Source: Nitrosopumilaceae archaeon (GTDB lineage Archaea > Thermoproteota > Nitrososphaeria > Nitrososphaerales > Nitrosopumilaceae). From it: a stretch of 64,000 nucleotides of DNA. The translations under genes and the position numbers were made by a program. Positions 41,731-52,125 of this stretch are shown here, one piece after another. The notes beneath the pieces are model-generated. The model saw only the letters and a program-made list of their open reading frames with translations. It was not told the origin of the DNA and ran no database searches. Numbering within the stretch: position 1 is the first letter of the stretch; the number at the start of each line of letters is the position of its first letter. Location: contig CBDATR010000010.1 in NCBI GenBank assembly GCA_965200155.1, positions 160,001-224,000 on the forward strand, in the 5' to 3' direction.

Positions 41731-41824
41731 TAAGTGACAGCTCTTTTGGCCATAATTATACCTAGTGAAACGCGTGTTTGGCAGTGAGTTTTTCCCTATG
41801 GTGACACTATTCACGTGCCAATAG

Positions 41825-43237
41825 TCATACGAACTTTATTTTTAGCCGTTCATCGTGTACCACTGCCACTGCACGCTTTAGGTTATCACCAAAGTCCTCA
41901 ATTACTATGAGTATGCGGGATGTCTCTTCCTGGGCATCCATGTTCACTATGTTCAGGCCTGCCTCCCCAATGCGATAAGATGTCCGGGATACGGTGTGCT
42001 GTACTCTCCACATGGAGTCACCGACTAGGGTAATGATTCCCCGGTCATATGTAATTGATGCTAGGGGATCAAAGCTTAGCAGATACCGCTCGTTTCGTTT
42101 TACAAAGTCACCATCGGTGAATAGTATACGAGTAAAGAGAACCCCATCCCTTGTAAAGGGCGAGAGTAATACAAACTCGCCATATCTTTTTTCAGAAGCC
42201 AGAGAGTTCATAAGTTTTGGCGACAGACCCGCCTCCATTCTCATTATGGCACAGTTACCCTTGCCGGTTACGATCTTTATTGGGTGCCCATCTTCCTGCT
42301 TGAGCGTGCGGTGTATTGTGGTAGTTCTGGAGGGGTTTGTCATGTCGGTTATGCGCAACGGCATATCAACACCATTATCCAGTATCTCCCTTATGGCCAC
42401 AGGGTCCAGTATCTTCATACCGAACATGCCAGCTATGCGTGCCTCATTGTATGAGAGGTGGGATATGTGGGTGAGTCCCGATTTCACAATCCGTGGGTCC
42501 GCGGAGACCACCGCGCTGTCCTTCTCCCAGTCTACGCTGGTCTTGTATTGCCTGTGAAATAGTATGCCCATGTCCGCGGCTGTACGATCCGTTCCCCCCC
42601 GCTCATATGTGCTCATGATGCCCGAGGTGGTCTTGCCTATAAAACCGCCCATGCATACTACATCATGCTCTCGGACCAGTCGTGCGGTGTAATCCAGCTG
42701 CTGCCGGGATTCCTCTGCAAGAAAGTTTGTAAACTCCAGGTTTTTGTCGGTTATGATTGGCCACTCCTCATAGGGCACAAATGCAGAGGACATGTTCTGG
42801 CTACTCAGTATGTAATGCATTATGGCAGACATTAGTAGTTCGCCGGAATATCCCAAGGCCCGGGCGCGGGTCTCGTCCGCGAATTGGCGCTCCTCATATG
42901 CCTCATTTAAGGCCGTCTCTGTCTTTTCCATGTGCGTGTCTATTGTGGAAAGGCACTGGTCCTGCAAGCTTGTATCTACCATCTTTGCTATTACATCATA
43001 GGTACGCCGAACGGTACTGATATCCGGGGTCAGGCCCATCTCCGCATTACGCCCCTGCTCCAGTATGACGTCGGTTATAGAACGTCGTGTATCATTATCC
43101 CGAGTCAAGGGTGCAGATACCACTGCAATCACCTTGGAGTGGGGAATCATGTTTTGGATGCGGTCAGTTATTGTGGGTATGGAACAGCCATTCTCGCCTA
43201 TGGCACTACCGCCAAACTTGGCGATTGTCAGTTTCAT
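41825..43237 (-). CDS. Aspartate kinase
   Basis: KFGGSA, VVSA, RGGTD, ADPR, C-terminal ACT-like domain. Confidence 0.9.
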   Translation of the reverse strand: MKLTIAKFGGSAIGENGCSIPTITDRIQNMIPHSKVIAVVSAPLTRDNDTRRSITDVILEQGRNAEMGLTPDISTVRRTYDVIAKMVDTSLQDQCLSTIDTHMEKTETALNEAYEERQFADETRARALGYSGELLMSAIMHYILSSQNMSSAFVPYEEWPIITDKNLEFTNFLAEESRQQLDYTARLVREHDVVCMGGFIGKTTSGIMSTYERGGTDRTAADMGILFHRQYKTSVDWEKDSAVVSADPRIVKSGLTHISHLSYNEARIAGMFGMKILDPVAIREILDNGVDMPLRITDMTNPSRTTTIHRTLKQEDGHPIKIVTGKGNCAIMRMEAGLSPKLMNSLASEKRYGEFVLLSPFTRDGVLFTRILFTDGDFVKRNERYLLSFDPLASITYDRGIITLVGDSMWRVQHTVSRTSYRIGEAGLNIVNMDAQEETSRILIVIEDFGDNLKRAVAVVHDERLKIKFV

Positions 43238-43405
43238 TATGGTGCAAAAAATATACACATACATTAATCATTTGTTTTTAAATACGCCAGCGGGAACTGA
43301 TTGTAATTAGCGTATACATGTCCATAATTACAAATTCACATATTTTTAATAAATTACGGATTAAAATGTGAGAGTTGGCAGCCCCGATTTTGGTGCAAGA
43401 TGCAT

Positions 43406-43497
43406 GTATGAGTTCACCTGTGTCTAAATTTACGCATAACTGATCGCGACAGTTAATGTGATTTGTGCATAAGATTCCGGAAGACGTGAACTCATAC
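43406..43497 (+). mobile_element. 92-bp MITE-1 (intergenic)
   Basis: TSD AGATGCAT. Confidence 0.97.
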
Positions 43498-43564
43498 AGA
43501 TGCATACGTGTAATTTACGTTTCCCTCGATTATGTAAATGAGATATTAGCTGCAGTGATTCATG

Positions 43565-44227
43565 CTAGGAGTGATTATTCACATAATGTAATACTATTTC
43601 ATCCCCCTGCCGGCGTGAGGATACTAGATTTAGCCGGGCAGCCCGTGAGATACGGGCAAACCCGTCACCGTCCACAATAGTGGGGGCGCGAGAGCCGCCT
43701 ACCAAATGGGGCGATATCATCAGTATTACTTCATCAAATAGATTATGTTTTACAAATTCCCAGTTTGTACTGCCGCCGCCCTCTACCATTATGCTCCGTA
43801 TATTCCTGGCCGCCAGCCTGCCCAGTAGCCACTTTATGGATATGCGGTGCCTCCTGGTCCTGATTATTTCCACGGGAAAATCAGACAACCGGGTCAGGTT
43901 CTCTGCGCTTATCCCACCGGTAACAACCAAAATGGTGGGAATTTCGTCTGCCGTACGGAGTATGTTGGACTTGTCGGGTATCTCGCCCAGGGGATCAAGT
44001 ATTACGCGAACCGGATTGGGGCCGGACACATGCCTAACGTTCAGTAACGGATTATCCAGTAGTGCAGTATTTTTGCCCACAAGTATGGCATCGGTCTTGG
44101 CCCGTAGAAGGTGTACCCGCATTGCGTCCTGCTTGGAGGATATGCCCGAGTCCCCCCTGGCGGTGGCTATCTTGCCATCTAGAGTTATTGCAGCGCTAAT
44201 TATTACACGAGGCCTAGATGCGCCCAT
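43565..44227 (-). CDS. 2,5-diamino-6-ribosylamino-4(3H)-pyrimidinone 5'-phosphate reductase (RibD C-terminal/ArfC)
   Basis: TLDGKIA, DNP.L, VEGGG. Confidence 0.9.
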   Translation of the reverse strand: MGASRPRVIISAAITLDGKIATARGDSGISSKQDAMRVHLLRAKTDAILVGKNTALLDNPLLNVRHVSGPNPVRVILDPLGEIPDKSNILRTADEIPTILVVTGGISAENLTRLSDFPVEIIRTRRHRISIKWLLGRLAARNIRSIMVEGGGSTNWEFVKHNLFDEVILMISPHLVGGSRAPTIVDGDGFARISRAARLNLVSSRRQGDEIVLHYVNNHS

Positions 44228-45350
44228 GCACTATCCTACCCCCTACGGAAACTGCCCGTATGGACTCTGGCGATGCCCGATGCACAAGGGCCGCGTGTGG
44301 CCGGTGCATGGGTTCCAGGTCTATGTGATGTTTCTCTATCAGTATAAAGTCTGCCGCCGCACCCCTGTCTATTACGCCCACTCTCATGCCCAGTATATGA
44401 CCGCCATTCACCGTTGCCATGCGCAGTACTTGTAGCGGACTTAGGCTGCACCGGGTAGCCTTCCAGGCAAAGTCCATCTCCCGGAACATGTCCGGATGGT
44501 TCACCATGACGTTATCTGTGCCTAACCCCAGAGTGATGTCATGACTTGCCATGCGGGGAATATCGGGTATCATACCGGTCAGGACTGCATTACAGCGTGG
44601 ACACACTACAATGCCCGTGCCCTGGGGGATACTGCGCAGCTCAGAATCAGTGGCGGCACCCATGTGCACAAGAAAACGGGGTTTCATTTGCAACGCTCTC
44701 TCCACCTCGCCCCGGCCTGTCATGTCTCTGGATTTTTGCACTGTGTCCGGGCTTTCTGCCGCATGAATGGCGCGTATCTTGTGCATACGGGAGTAATTAG
44801 TCAGTGTGTGATCCGTGTTCTCGTTGGCGCCGCTTATTCCCATTCCGTCACATTGGGATAGTACATTTTGTATGTCAGTATCCGGAGTGTTGCCAGTGTT
44901 TGGGCGCCCCAGTATGACGGCGCGTATAGGAATATCCCGGCATGCCTTTTGTAGTAGTCTTACCCCTTCTGCACCGCCCTCCCGAAAATCGGCAAAAGTG
45001 GTTATGCCCCTAGAAAGCATGCCCTTACAGGTTGCCCTCATGAAATCGACCAGATGATCAGGGCTGGCGGCATTCAGTATTTTCGACTTTACCCCGTATG
45101 CAGGATGCACACTGTCATCAAGTCCCCGGCCCAGGGATATGTCCTTGGCCACAGAGTCACCCACATGGGTGTGGCAGTTTACAAATCCAGGTACCAAAAG
45201 CATACCCTGGCAGTCAATTATATCATCATGTACACGGGGTCTTAGGGATTGAGATATCTCCACAAACTTGCCATCCTCAATTCTGGCGCACACAGAGTCC
45301 ACGTACTCTAGCCGGGGGCCCAGCATGGCCGATACGTTACGTATTAGCAT
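44214..45350 (-). CDS. Metal-dependent amidohydrolase
   Basis: PGFVNCHTH, IHAAE, LGTDN. Confidence 0.88.
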   Translation of the reverse strand: MLIRNVSAMLGPRLEYVDSVCARIEDGKFVEISQSLRPRVHDDIIDCQGMLLVPGFVNCHTHVGDSVAKDISLGRGLDDSVHPAYGVKSKILNAASPDHLVDFMRATCKGMLSRGITTFADFREGGAEGVRLLQKACRDIPIRAVILGRPNTGNTPDTDIQNVLSQCDGMGISGANENTDHTLTNYSRMHKIRAIHAAESPDTVQKSRDMTGRGEVERALQMKPRFLVHMGAATDSELRSIPQGTGIVVCPRCNAVLTGMIPDIPRMASHDITLGLGTDNVMVNHPDMFREMDFAWKATRCSLSPLQVLRMATVNGGHILGMRVGVIDRGAAADFILIEKHHIDLEPMHRPHAALVHRASPESIRAVSVGGRIVHGRI

Positions 45351-46069
45351 GACTCATAGACCTGGGGCCATTCTCCACCAGAGTCTCGCATCTCCCTTAT
45401 GGCATCCAGTGACTTGGTGGCCAGCGCCGCGGCATGCCTGCTGCGGGTGGCGCGACCGATACCGCAGTTTAGTGTTATTCCTAGATGCTCGTGAGTTTCA
45501 TGTATTAAATCCCGGACATCTTTAATGCCCTGGGAGCTGGACAGGACCATAAAATTATCACCGCCCATAAAGAATGACAGGGACTTGCGTTTCCTAAAGA
45601 AGTGTGCCATCATGCCGTATAGGTCAAGAATCTTGAGGGAGATATCATATGGCGATACGGTATGAGTCTGGGAGGTCAAATCATCCACGTCCAGGTGCAT
45701 TATGGCAATGTCATTGTTGTCATCGGGCTCGCCGCTGATAAAGACATCATCCTCTCTTGATTTTTGTGCCATGGCATTGGCGTCATAGGGAGTCAGGGCC
45801 ACCCCGGCATGCATTTGCAGTCCCACCTCAAATTCATCCAATAATTTATCCCGTATATTGATATGATCAGACTGGTCCAGGCCGTTGGATGCTATAATGT
45901 ACTCGTCATACCTGTTGGGAAAGACAAGACAGTCCCGCTCCGCAAACAGTCCTTGCAGTCTCCCGTATAATGAAGCCTGAAGCATTTGGAGGCGATGCTC
46001 CCGATCAGACCCCAGGGTCAGGGTCCAGGGTCCATATCCCTTTATTCTTGCCACCGTTACCTGTATCAT
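45344..46069 (-). CDS. gch3: GTP cyclohydrolase III
   Basis: YGPWTLTLGSDREH.LQ, FMGGDNF. Confidence 0.9.
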   Translation of the reverse strand: MIQVTVARIKGYGPWTLTLGSDREHRLQMLQASLYGRLQGLFAERDCLVFPNRYDEYIIASNGLDQSDHINIRDKLLDEFEVGLQMHAGVALTPYDANAMAQKSREDDVFISGEPDDNNDIAIMHLDVDDLTSQTHTVSPYDISLKILDLYGMMAHFFRKRKSLSFFMGGDNFMVLSSSQGIKDVRDLIHETHEHLGITLNCGIGRATRSRHAAALATKSLDAIREMRDSGGEWPQVYESC

Positions 46070-46479
46070 TTGATTCTGTCCAGCTCCTGACGTATATTTA
46101 CCAGAGCATCTATGGCACGCTCGGATACCGGCCGTATTCTGGCGTGTGCTTGTCGTTCATGCATTCCGGGCCCGGTTATTCCTAGGGATACAGGTTTTCC
46201 ATATTTCACAGACAGGTTTTGCAAGTGTGTCGCGGTGGTTTGTGCTATTACTTCATCATGTTTTGTCTGGCCCTTGATTATGGCTCCCAAGGTTGCCACG
46301 GCGTCTATCATATCCTTTCTGAGCAAAGCATCCACTACTACAGGCATGTCATAAGCTCCAGGCACCCGGCATACGTGTAAGACCTCCAGTCCCATCTTCT
46401 GTGCCCTCTCTTGCGCCACTTCCACCATTCGCCGAGTCACCTCATGATTGAACTCGGATACCACGATTCCTATTTTCAT
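46066..46479 (-). CDS. ribH: 6,7-dimethyl-8-ribityllumazine synthase
   Basis: VSEFN, VPGAYD, IKGQTKH. Confidence 0.93.
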   Translation of the reverse strand: MKIGIVVSEFNHEVTRRMVEVAQERAQKMGLEVLHVCRVPGAYDMPVVVDALLRKDMIDAVATLGAIIKGQTKHDEVIAQTTATHLQNLSVKYGKPVSLGITGPGMHERQAHARIRPVSERAIDALVNIRQELDRIK

Positions 46480-47138
46480 GACGCATCCACTCCTGCATGC
46501 TTTGGTATATCGCTGGCCATCACTAGGGGAATGTTATTCTTTTTGGCGTAACTCGTGGCGCCATCCAGGTCCAGCGCCATGTGAGTTTCCGAGTCCACCA
46601 TTTCGCAAATGGCCGTAACCGGTTTTAGTCCCGCAAGCCTTGCCAGGAATACGGACATCTCGGTGTGCCCCATCCTCTCCTCAATCCGGGAAGCCATTAA
46701 CAGTGGCACGTGACCAGGAGTACGAAAGGACTGGATAAAGAGGCGCCGGGAATCATCCTTTCCGTATAGTGTGGACAGCTCCCTTATTGTGCGCGCCCTG
46801 TCGTTATCGGTCACTCCCGTATAGGTATCCATGTGGTTTACGGGGATGGCAAAGGTGGGATGATCACCGTAGGGAGCCTTTCCCAGAATCATTTCCCCAG
46901 GTATAGAGGATTTGGCCAGTATGTCGTGCAGATATGTCAGTCCCAGACTGCAGGACAGGTCATGATCCAGTGCTGCACAAAGCAGTCCTCCCGCGTCCAT
47001 TCTCATGGTACTGATGTGTGCCGGTGTGACAAACTGGGCGGCCACCACCAAGTCAAACTCGTTCTCCCGGTTCTCAGAGTCATGCAGTATGACAAAACCG
47101 CCGTGACGCAGCGATTCCAGTGCGTCCGGCATGGGCAT
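46476..47138 (-). CDS. ribB: 3,4-dihydroxy-2-butanone-4-phosphate synthase
   Basis: RENEFD, TGVTD.DR, PGHVP, R.GHTE, ICEM. Confidence 0.92.
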   Translation of the reverse strand: MPMPDALESLRHGGFVILHDSENRENEFDLVVAAQFVTPAHISTMRMDAGGLLCAALDHDLSCSLGLTYLHDILAKSSIPGEMILGKAPYGDHPTFAIPVNHMDTYTGVTDNDRARTIRELSTLYGKDDSRRLFIQSFRTPGHVPLLMASRIEERMGHTEMSVFLARLAGLKPVTAICEMVDSETHMALDLDGATSYAKKNNIPLVMASDIPKHAGVDAS

Positions 47139-47162
47139 ATTACTGAAGTGTTGTAAATGATG

Positions 47163-47765
47163 TTATAAAGTAACTGATTTTTGCCGCATGGTGTATTTAC
47201 CCAATATATCAGTCTCGATGTTTACCCTGTCGCCTACCTTGCGCGTCTTGAAGTTTGTGACCGCCATGGTATGGGGTATAAGTGATACACATATCTTATT
47301 GTCAACGATATCAGTTACAGTAAGACTTACACCGTCTATGGCTATGGATCCCTTTTGCACTATGTATGAGGACAGGGTTTCAGGTACTGATACACACAGG
47401 CGCACCTGTTCTTCCTCTTCTGCTATTTCCTGTATGATACCGGTGCCGTCCACATGACCCAGTACAAAATGGCCCTCCAGTCTATCTCCGGCCCGCAGGC
47501 TACGCTCTATGTTTATTGTATGACCTGCCCTCAGTCCTCCCAACCCGGTGGAGCGTATTGTCTCGTGTATCATCTCAAAGGTACACACCGTGTCAAGTAT
47601 GGATGTTACAGTAAGGCAGACACCATTTATTGCAACACTGTCCCCTGTTTGCAGATCCTGCGCACATTCCATCAGGTCTATCGTTACAAGAGCGGCGCTA
47701 CGGTTTGCGGTATCATGTTTTATGGACTGGACAATTCCGGTTCCCTGTATTATCCCTGTGAACAA
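47163..47765 (-). CDS. ribE: Riboflavin synthase (alpha type)
   Basis: MFTGII, NGVCLTV, GHVDG, VNIETD. Confidence 0.93.
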   Translation of the reverse strand: MFTGIIQGTGIVQSIKHDTANRSAALVTIDLMECAQDLQTGDSVAINGVCLTVTSILDTVCTFEMIHETIRSTGLGGLRAGHTINIERSLRAGDRLEGHFVLGHVDGTGIIQEIAEEEEQVRLCVSVPETLSSYIVQKGSIAIDGVSLTVTDIVDNKICVSLIPHTMAVTNFKTRKVGDRVNIETDILGKYTMRQKSVTL

Positions 47766-47880
47766 CTACACTTGTACATATTGTGCAGTATGTATAATTT
47801 TGCGTAATTGTGAACTGTGGTTTCTCATTATCCCTGAATCCAGTTGATCGTAGCCGTTACAAACAGTAAAAGTTAAAAAA

Positions 47881-48324
47881 ATGCCCATATTTATTGATGC
47901 AATGGTCTCAGTAGATCTCCTATTACAGGCACAAAAGGATGAGGAGTCAGAGCGAATTGTCCGCAGGCTTGGCATACTAATCCAGCTTCAGAAGAATGCC
48001 TCAGAGTTCAACTGCGATATACGCACAGTATCACTGTGGAATGAGAGATTGCCTCAGGACACAGACAATATAGATGACATACGCCGCGCATTGTCGGACA
48101 AGCCAAGATCCGGCCGTCCCCCAAAGGTGGACGGGAAGCTGCTGGAGGAGGCCAAGTCATGGTACAAGAATCGAGTGTTCACGGTACCGGAACTACAAGA
48201 ACACCTGGAGAGTATTTCCGGAGTCAGTTTGAGCCAGTCGCAGATCAGGCGATATATCAGAAAATGGGGGTATGCTGCAAAAAAATATCCCAAGCCTGGA
48301 CTAGATAGACTCCCGGGAACATAG
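47881..48324 (+). pseudogene. IS630-family transposase N-terminal (HTH) remnant
   Basis: DKPRSGRPPK, T..EL..L, S.S.IRR..K.GY; no DDE domain follows. Confidence 0.75.
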
Positions 48325-48380
48325 AATTAATAGTAAACATCTAAGTCCGTGTTTTAATTACATACATGAATGTAACCGTT

Positions 48381-48413
48381 TATAGCAGTCACCATAAGTC
48401 TTGGCGGTGTTTT
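48381..48413. repeat. Isolated MITE-2-type TIR, truncated by IS66 copy 3
   Basis: TATAGCAGTCACCATAAGTCTTGGCGGTG is the reverse complement of the end at 37136. Confidence 0.8.
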
Positions 48414-48765
48414 GTATGAGTTCACGTGTTTTGATCACATAATAAGATAGAATGCATCCCAGTTTTTTAATTATAATTGCATGCTGGCAGCAACCTCATT
48501 CATTACAGAAAGGCCCTGAGCCCTCCGTGTCTGAACACATGTGGACATGCGGCGCATGGCCCTTTCACCACTCTTTATCTGACCACTAATCTTACGGAAT
48601 ACCACCGCGTATCAGAACCGGTTCCACTGCTCCGCTGGATTGTTGGTGGGCTCCACACTGTCATATTCTAGGAATACGAACATGCCTGGTATGGCCTTAT
48701 TCAATCCTTTTACCTTCTTTTGCAGTTCAGTATCCTCAACATCATAATACTGATGCATCTGCTCC

Positions 48766-48857
48766 GTGTGAGTTCACCTGTGTCTAAATTTACGCATAAC
48801 TGATCGCGACAGTTAACGTGATTTGTGCATAAGATTCCGGAAGACGTGAACTCATAC
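48766..48857 (+). mobile_element. 92-bp MITE-1
   Basis: TSD TCTGCTCC. Confidence 0.96.
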
Positions 48858-49395
48858 TCTGCTCCTGCCTCAAATGAGTGTCGTAATTGCGCGGACGGCC
48901 CGCAGCGATTCACGTGCGCTCCGGATCAAATCGTTGTCAAGTTTGATCCGGGCGTCATGATCACCGGGATCGATATAGAATCCTGCATGTAATATACTGG
49001 TATCGCGCAATAAATGCGCCCAGATGGTGCTTCCCATCGTCATCAAACCGGTAACACACAACGTACCTGTCTGTGACTATCGCGCCCTGGTAACCGTTCA
49101 GGTATTTGCCCACTACATATGAACTCCTACTTTTGTATATCATCCACTCTTCGGCCCGCATCCCCCATATCCAGCCACGCTTACCCGCCAGTGATATACC
49201 AGTTTCGTCCACATGAATGCTGGGTGATTTTATTATATTCTCATAAATTGTTTCCATAAATGATTCGCATGCATCGGCGGCCCTGGCAATTATGTTGTTC
49301 ACCGCACCCACCGATATATTCAGGCCGAAGAGATCCCTCGAAATTACAGGTATGCGCTTTATTGGAATCTTTTCCGCACGTAATGCAGTGATGGC

Positions 49396-49487
49396 GTATG
49401 AGTTCACGTCTTCCGGAATCTTGTGTACAAATCACATTAACTGTCGCGATCAGTTGTGCGTAAATTTAGACACAGGTGAACTCATAC
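49396..49487 (-). mobile_element. 92-bp MITE-1
   Basis: TSD GTGATGGC. Confidence 0.96.
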
Positions 49488-49864
49488 GTGATGGCACCAC
49501 ATCTCAAAACCACCACTCTCTGGGACGCCCGCTGCTGGGGCTAGTTGTTTTTTGCCGCACTTGCATGCAGCCATTTCTATCACATGAAGGGTCTCCTCTA
49601 TTCTGGCTGGTATTAATTCTGTTATGCGTCGTTGTTTCCAACCACTTTTTGTCATTATATTGCTGCACTCACATTGTGGAGTATGCTCAAAGGTGTGGCG
49701 CATTACTCTGTCGGGGTTGTGGGAACGGGAAACCCCCTTGTGTCCCTTTTGCGCGCCAACCTTTTTGGCTGATTTCGTACTGGCTTCTGTCTGTTGCTTA
49801 TTATCTCCCTGTTTCCGCTTCTTGTACTGGAGGGATTGAAGGGATGGTGGCGAGTGAGCATTCT

Positions 49865-49956
49865 GTATGAGTTCACGTCTTCCGGAATATTATGCACAAA
49901 TCACATTAACTGTCGCAATCAGTTATGCGTAAATTTAGACACAGGTGAACTCATAC
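49865..49956 (-). mobile_element. 92-bp MITE-1
   Basis: TSD AGCATTCT. Confidence 0.96.
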
Positions 49957-50129
49957 AGCATTCTCATAATGTTTAAGTCGCGTTGTGATTACCGCAATTT
50001 TCCCCTGTTTTTCTTTTAATTTCTCATTCAATTCATTTACATAATTCCTAATAATTTGGAAATCTTGTGTGAGATTTCGTATTTCTTTTGTGGTGCGGGA
50101 CACATATGCTTCCAATACTCTCACACGTT

Positions 50130-50309
50130 CCTTGTAATGTGCAAGATCTTTCTCGGTGGCCGCAAGACGTAGGACAAGGCGCATCTTGCCCATGGCCTCT
50201 GCCTTGTAATGTGCAAGTTCTTTCTCGGTAGCCGCAAGTATTATGTCTCCACGTTTTATCTCTCGCTCATTCTCCTTTAATGTGCAAGTTCTTTCTTGGT
50301 AGACGCAAG
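50130..50309. repeat. Three 36-37-bp direct repeats with 35-bp unique intervals, in the IS66 transposase N-terminus
   Basis: Units at 50130, 50202 and 50274 encode LAATEKxLAHYK. Confidence 0.85.
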
Positions 50310-50670
50310 GGTATCCTGAAGAAGCTTATTTTTTAGTTCCAATTCCTTATAGGACCGGCGCCTTCTCATTAGATTCTTATTGCAAATTTGATATTTAAGC
50401 AAAATATTGTCATACCAATCTATATCTTAGTGAATGATCAAAACACGTGAACTCATACGCATAAATTATAGTCATACGTAAATAAGTATGAATTTAATTA
50501 GTGCTTAATTTTTATTAATAATTATTTCATGACAATAATTTACCTTAATTTACACATGACAAATTGTGAGGATTATTTCTTATGCGACAATACGATTTTC
50601 GAGTGCGCGATTAGAAACCGTGAATTTATCGAGGCACAGATATATGAAGGCAAATTATGCAAAAAATACA

Positions 50671-51219
50671 ATGTCTACTGCATCACTGCGAAAGGATCAT
50701 GAGCTTATAGAAAAAGTTCTCAAGGCCATGAATGCTACAATACAATTACTGGAGTCAGGAAAGCGCGTACCAGAACAGATACTGAGCCAGACCGTTGACT
50801 TTGCAAAAAATTTTACTGATGCGTGCCATCATGCAAAAGAGGAAGAAGTACTGTTTCCCGCCCTGGAACGCACGGGCATGCCCACAAAGATGGGCCCCAT
50901 CGCGGTCATGCTTATGGAGCACCGTCAAGCCAGGGAACTGGCCCATAATATGGAGACAGGCATGGAGACGTACGTTCAGGACAATAATCCACAGGCGTTG
51001 CTAGATGCCATGAAACAATATGTCAGACACGTGACCGAACACCTGTGGAAGGAGAATAACCGCCTGTTTGTAATGGCCGAAGCGCGACTGCAGAATTCCT
51101 CGGATGTCATTACAAATATAGACAATGTTGAGCACAAACAGCTCAACGATATGGGAAAGAGTAGGACATATTATGAGAATCTGGTTACAGATATGAACAA
51201 AAGACTGAGCGATGTCTAG
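50671..51219 (+). CDS. Hemerythrin-domain protein
   Basis: DHELI, HHAKEE..LFP, EH, HLWKEN..LF. Confidence 0.9.
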   Translation: MSTASLRKDHELIEKVLKAMNATIQLLESGKRVPEQILSQTVDFAKNFTDACHHAKEEEVLFPALERTGMPTKMGPIAVMLMEHRQARELAHNMETGMETYVQDNNPQALLDAMKQYVRHVTEHLWKENNRLFVMAEARLQNSSDVITNIDNVEHKQLNDMGKSRTYYENLVTDMNKRLSDV

Positions 51220-51252
51220 CACATTTACAGACAAACGCATTGTACGGATTTT

Positions 51253-52070
51253 GTATGAGTTCACGTCTTCCGGAATCTTATGCACAAATCACATTAACTG
51301 TCGCGATCAGTTATGCGTAAATTTAGACACAGGCGAACTCACACAAAAGAAATTCTGCGCCTATACCATTCTGGTAATTACATCAGTCAAGACCGGAGCC
51401 ATAATATGGACCAGTGATGCCTTTGCGGGAAGCACCCATGATATCACCATGCTCAAGGAGTTTGCGCAAAAGCTGGGGGCAATCTATGACGGCATGATGG
51501 GAAGAAATGATCTAAAAGTATGACTGCATTCAGACCTTGGATTCAAGGTAATCGAAAAAGAACTCCCAGGCATAATATTTGTCCAGGGAGTCAAGAAACC
51601 CAGGAATGGCAAGCTGTCCGATGATGAAAAGGAACACAACGCTACGGTGGGCAAGTCAAGATCAGCTGTGGAGCGTACCATAGGCAGGACGAAAATGGGA
51701 ACCAAAATGTCAACCGTATTCATCGGGACGATCGACGAGTTCTACCAGCAGTATCAGGCCATATGTGCTGATGTGAACCTGACCATAATGCGGCCTCAGA
51801 TAAGAATGGGAAAAGGAACCCTTTGGGTTATTGCCGGCACCGGGATAATTTCTGTTTTTAATATCGCAAAATACGGGGCACATTATGACTGCGCATAATT
51901 TTCTGATTTTTATCCAAAATCTTGTGTTTTACCGTTGTAATTCTGATCATACCGCATGTTAACCGGGAATGCTTTGCCGTATGAGTTCACCTGTGTCTAA
52001 ATTTACGCACAACTGATCGCGACAGTTAATGTGATTTGTGCACAAGATTCCGGAAGACGTGAACTCATAC
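51253..52070. mobile_element. Composite transposon: inverted MITE-1 copies (51253-51344, 51979-52070) around IS5-like cargo
   Basis: 8-bp TSD CGGATTTT lies only outside the pair. Confidence 0.9.
51345..51978 (+). pseudogene. IS5/ISL2-like transposase fragment
   Basis: AGSTHDITML, SDLGF, HN..VGKSRSAVERTIGRTK; internal stop. Confidence 0.75.
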
Positions 52071-52125
52071 CGGATTTTAGCTACCGCGAATGACTGGCGC
52101 CATACTTTGTATTGTCACCAAAGTT

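Larger units (their letters stand above)
48414..50458 (-). mobile_element. IS66-family copy 3, with three MITE insertions
   Basis: Both 24-bp TIRs present; colinear with 1461-3205. Confidence 0.92.

Noticed and set aside
50130-50309. 37-bp repeat / 35-bp spacer pattern as a true mini-CRISPR
   Set aside because: Lies in frame in a transposase ORF, repeats diverge, and there is no leader or cas gene; kept only as a coding-repeat finding.
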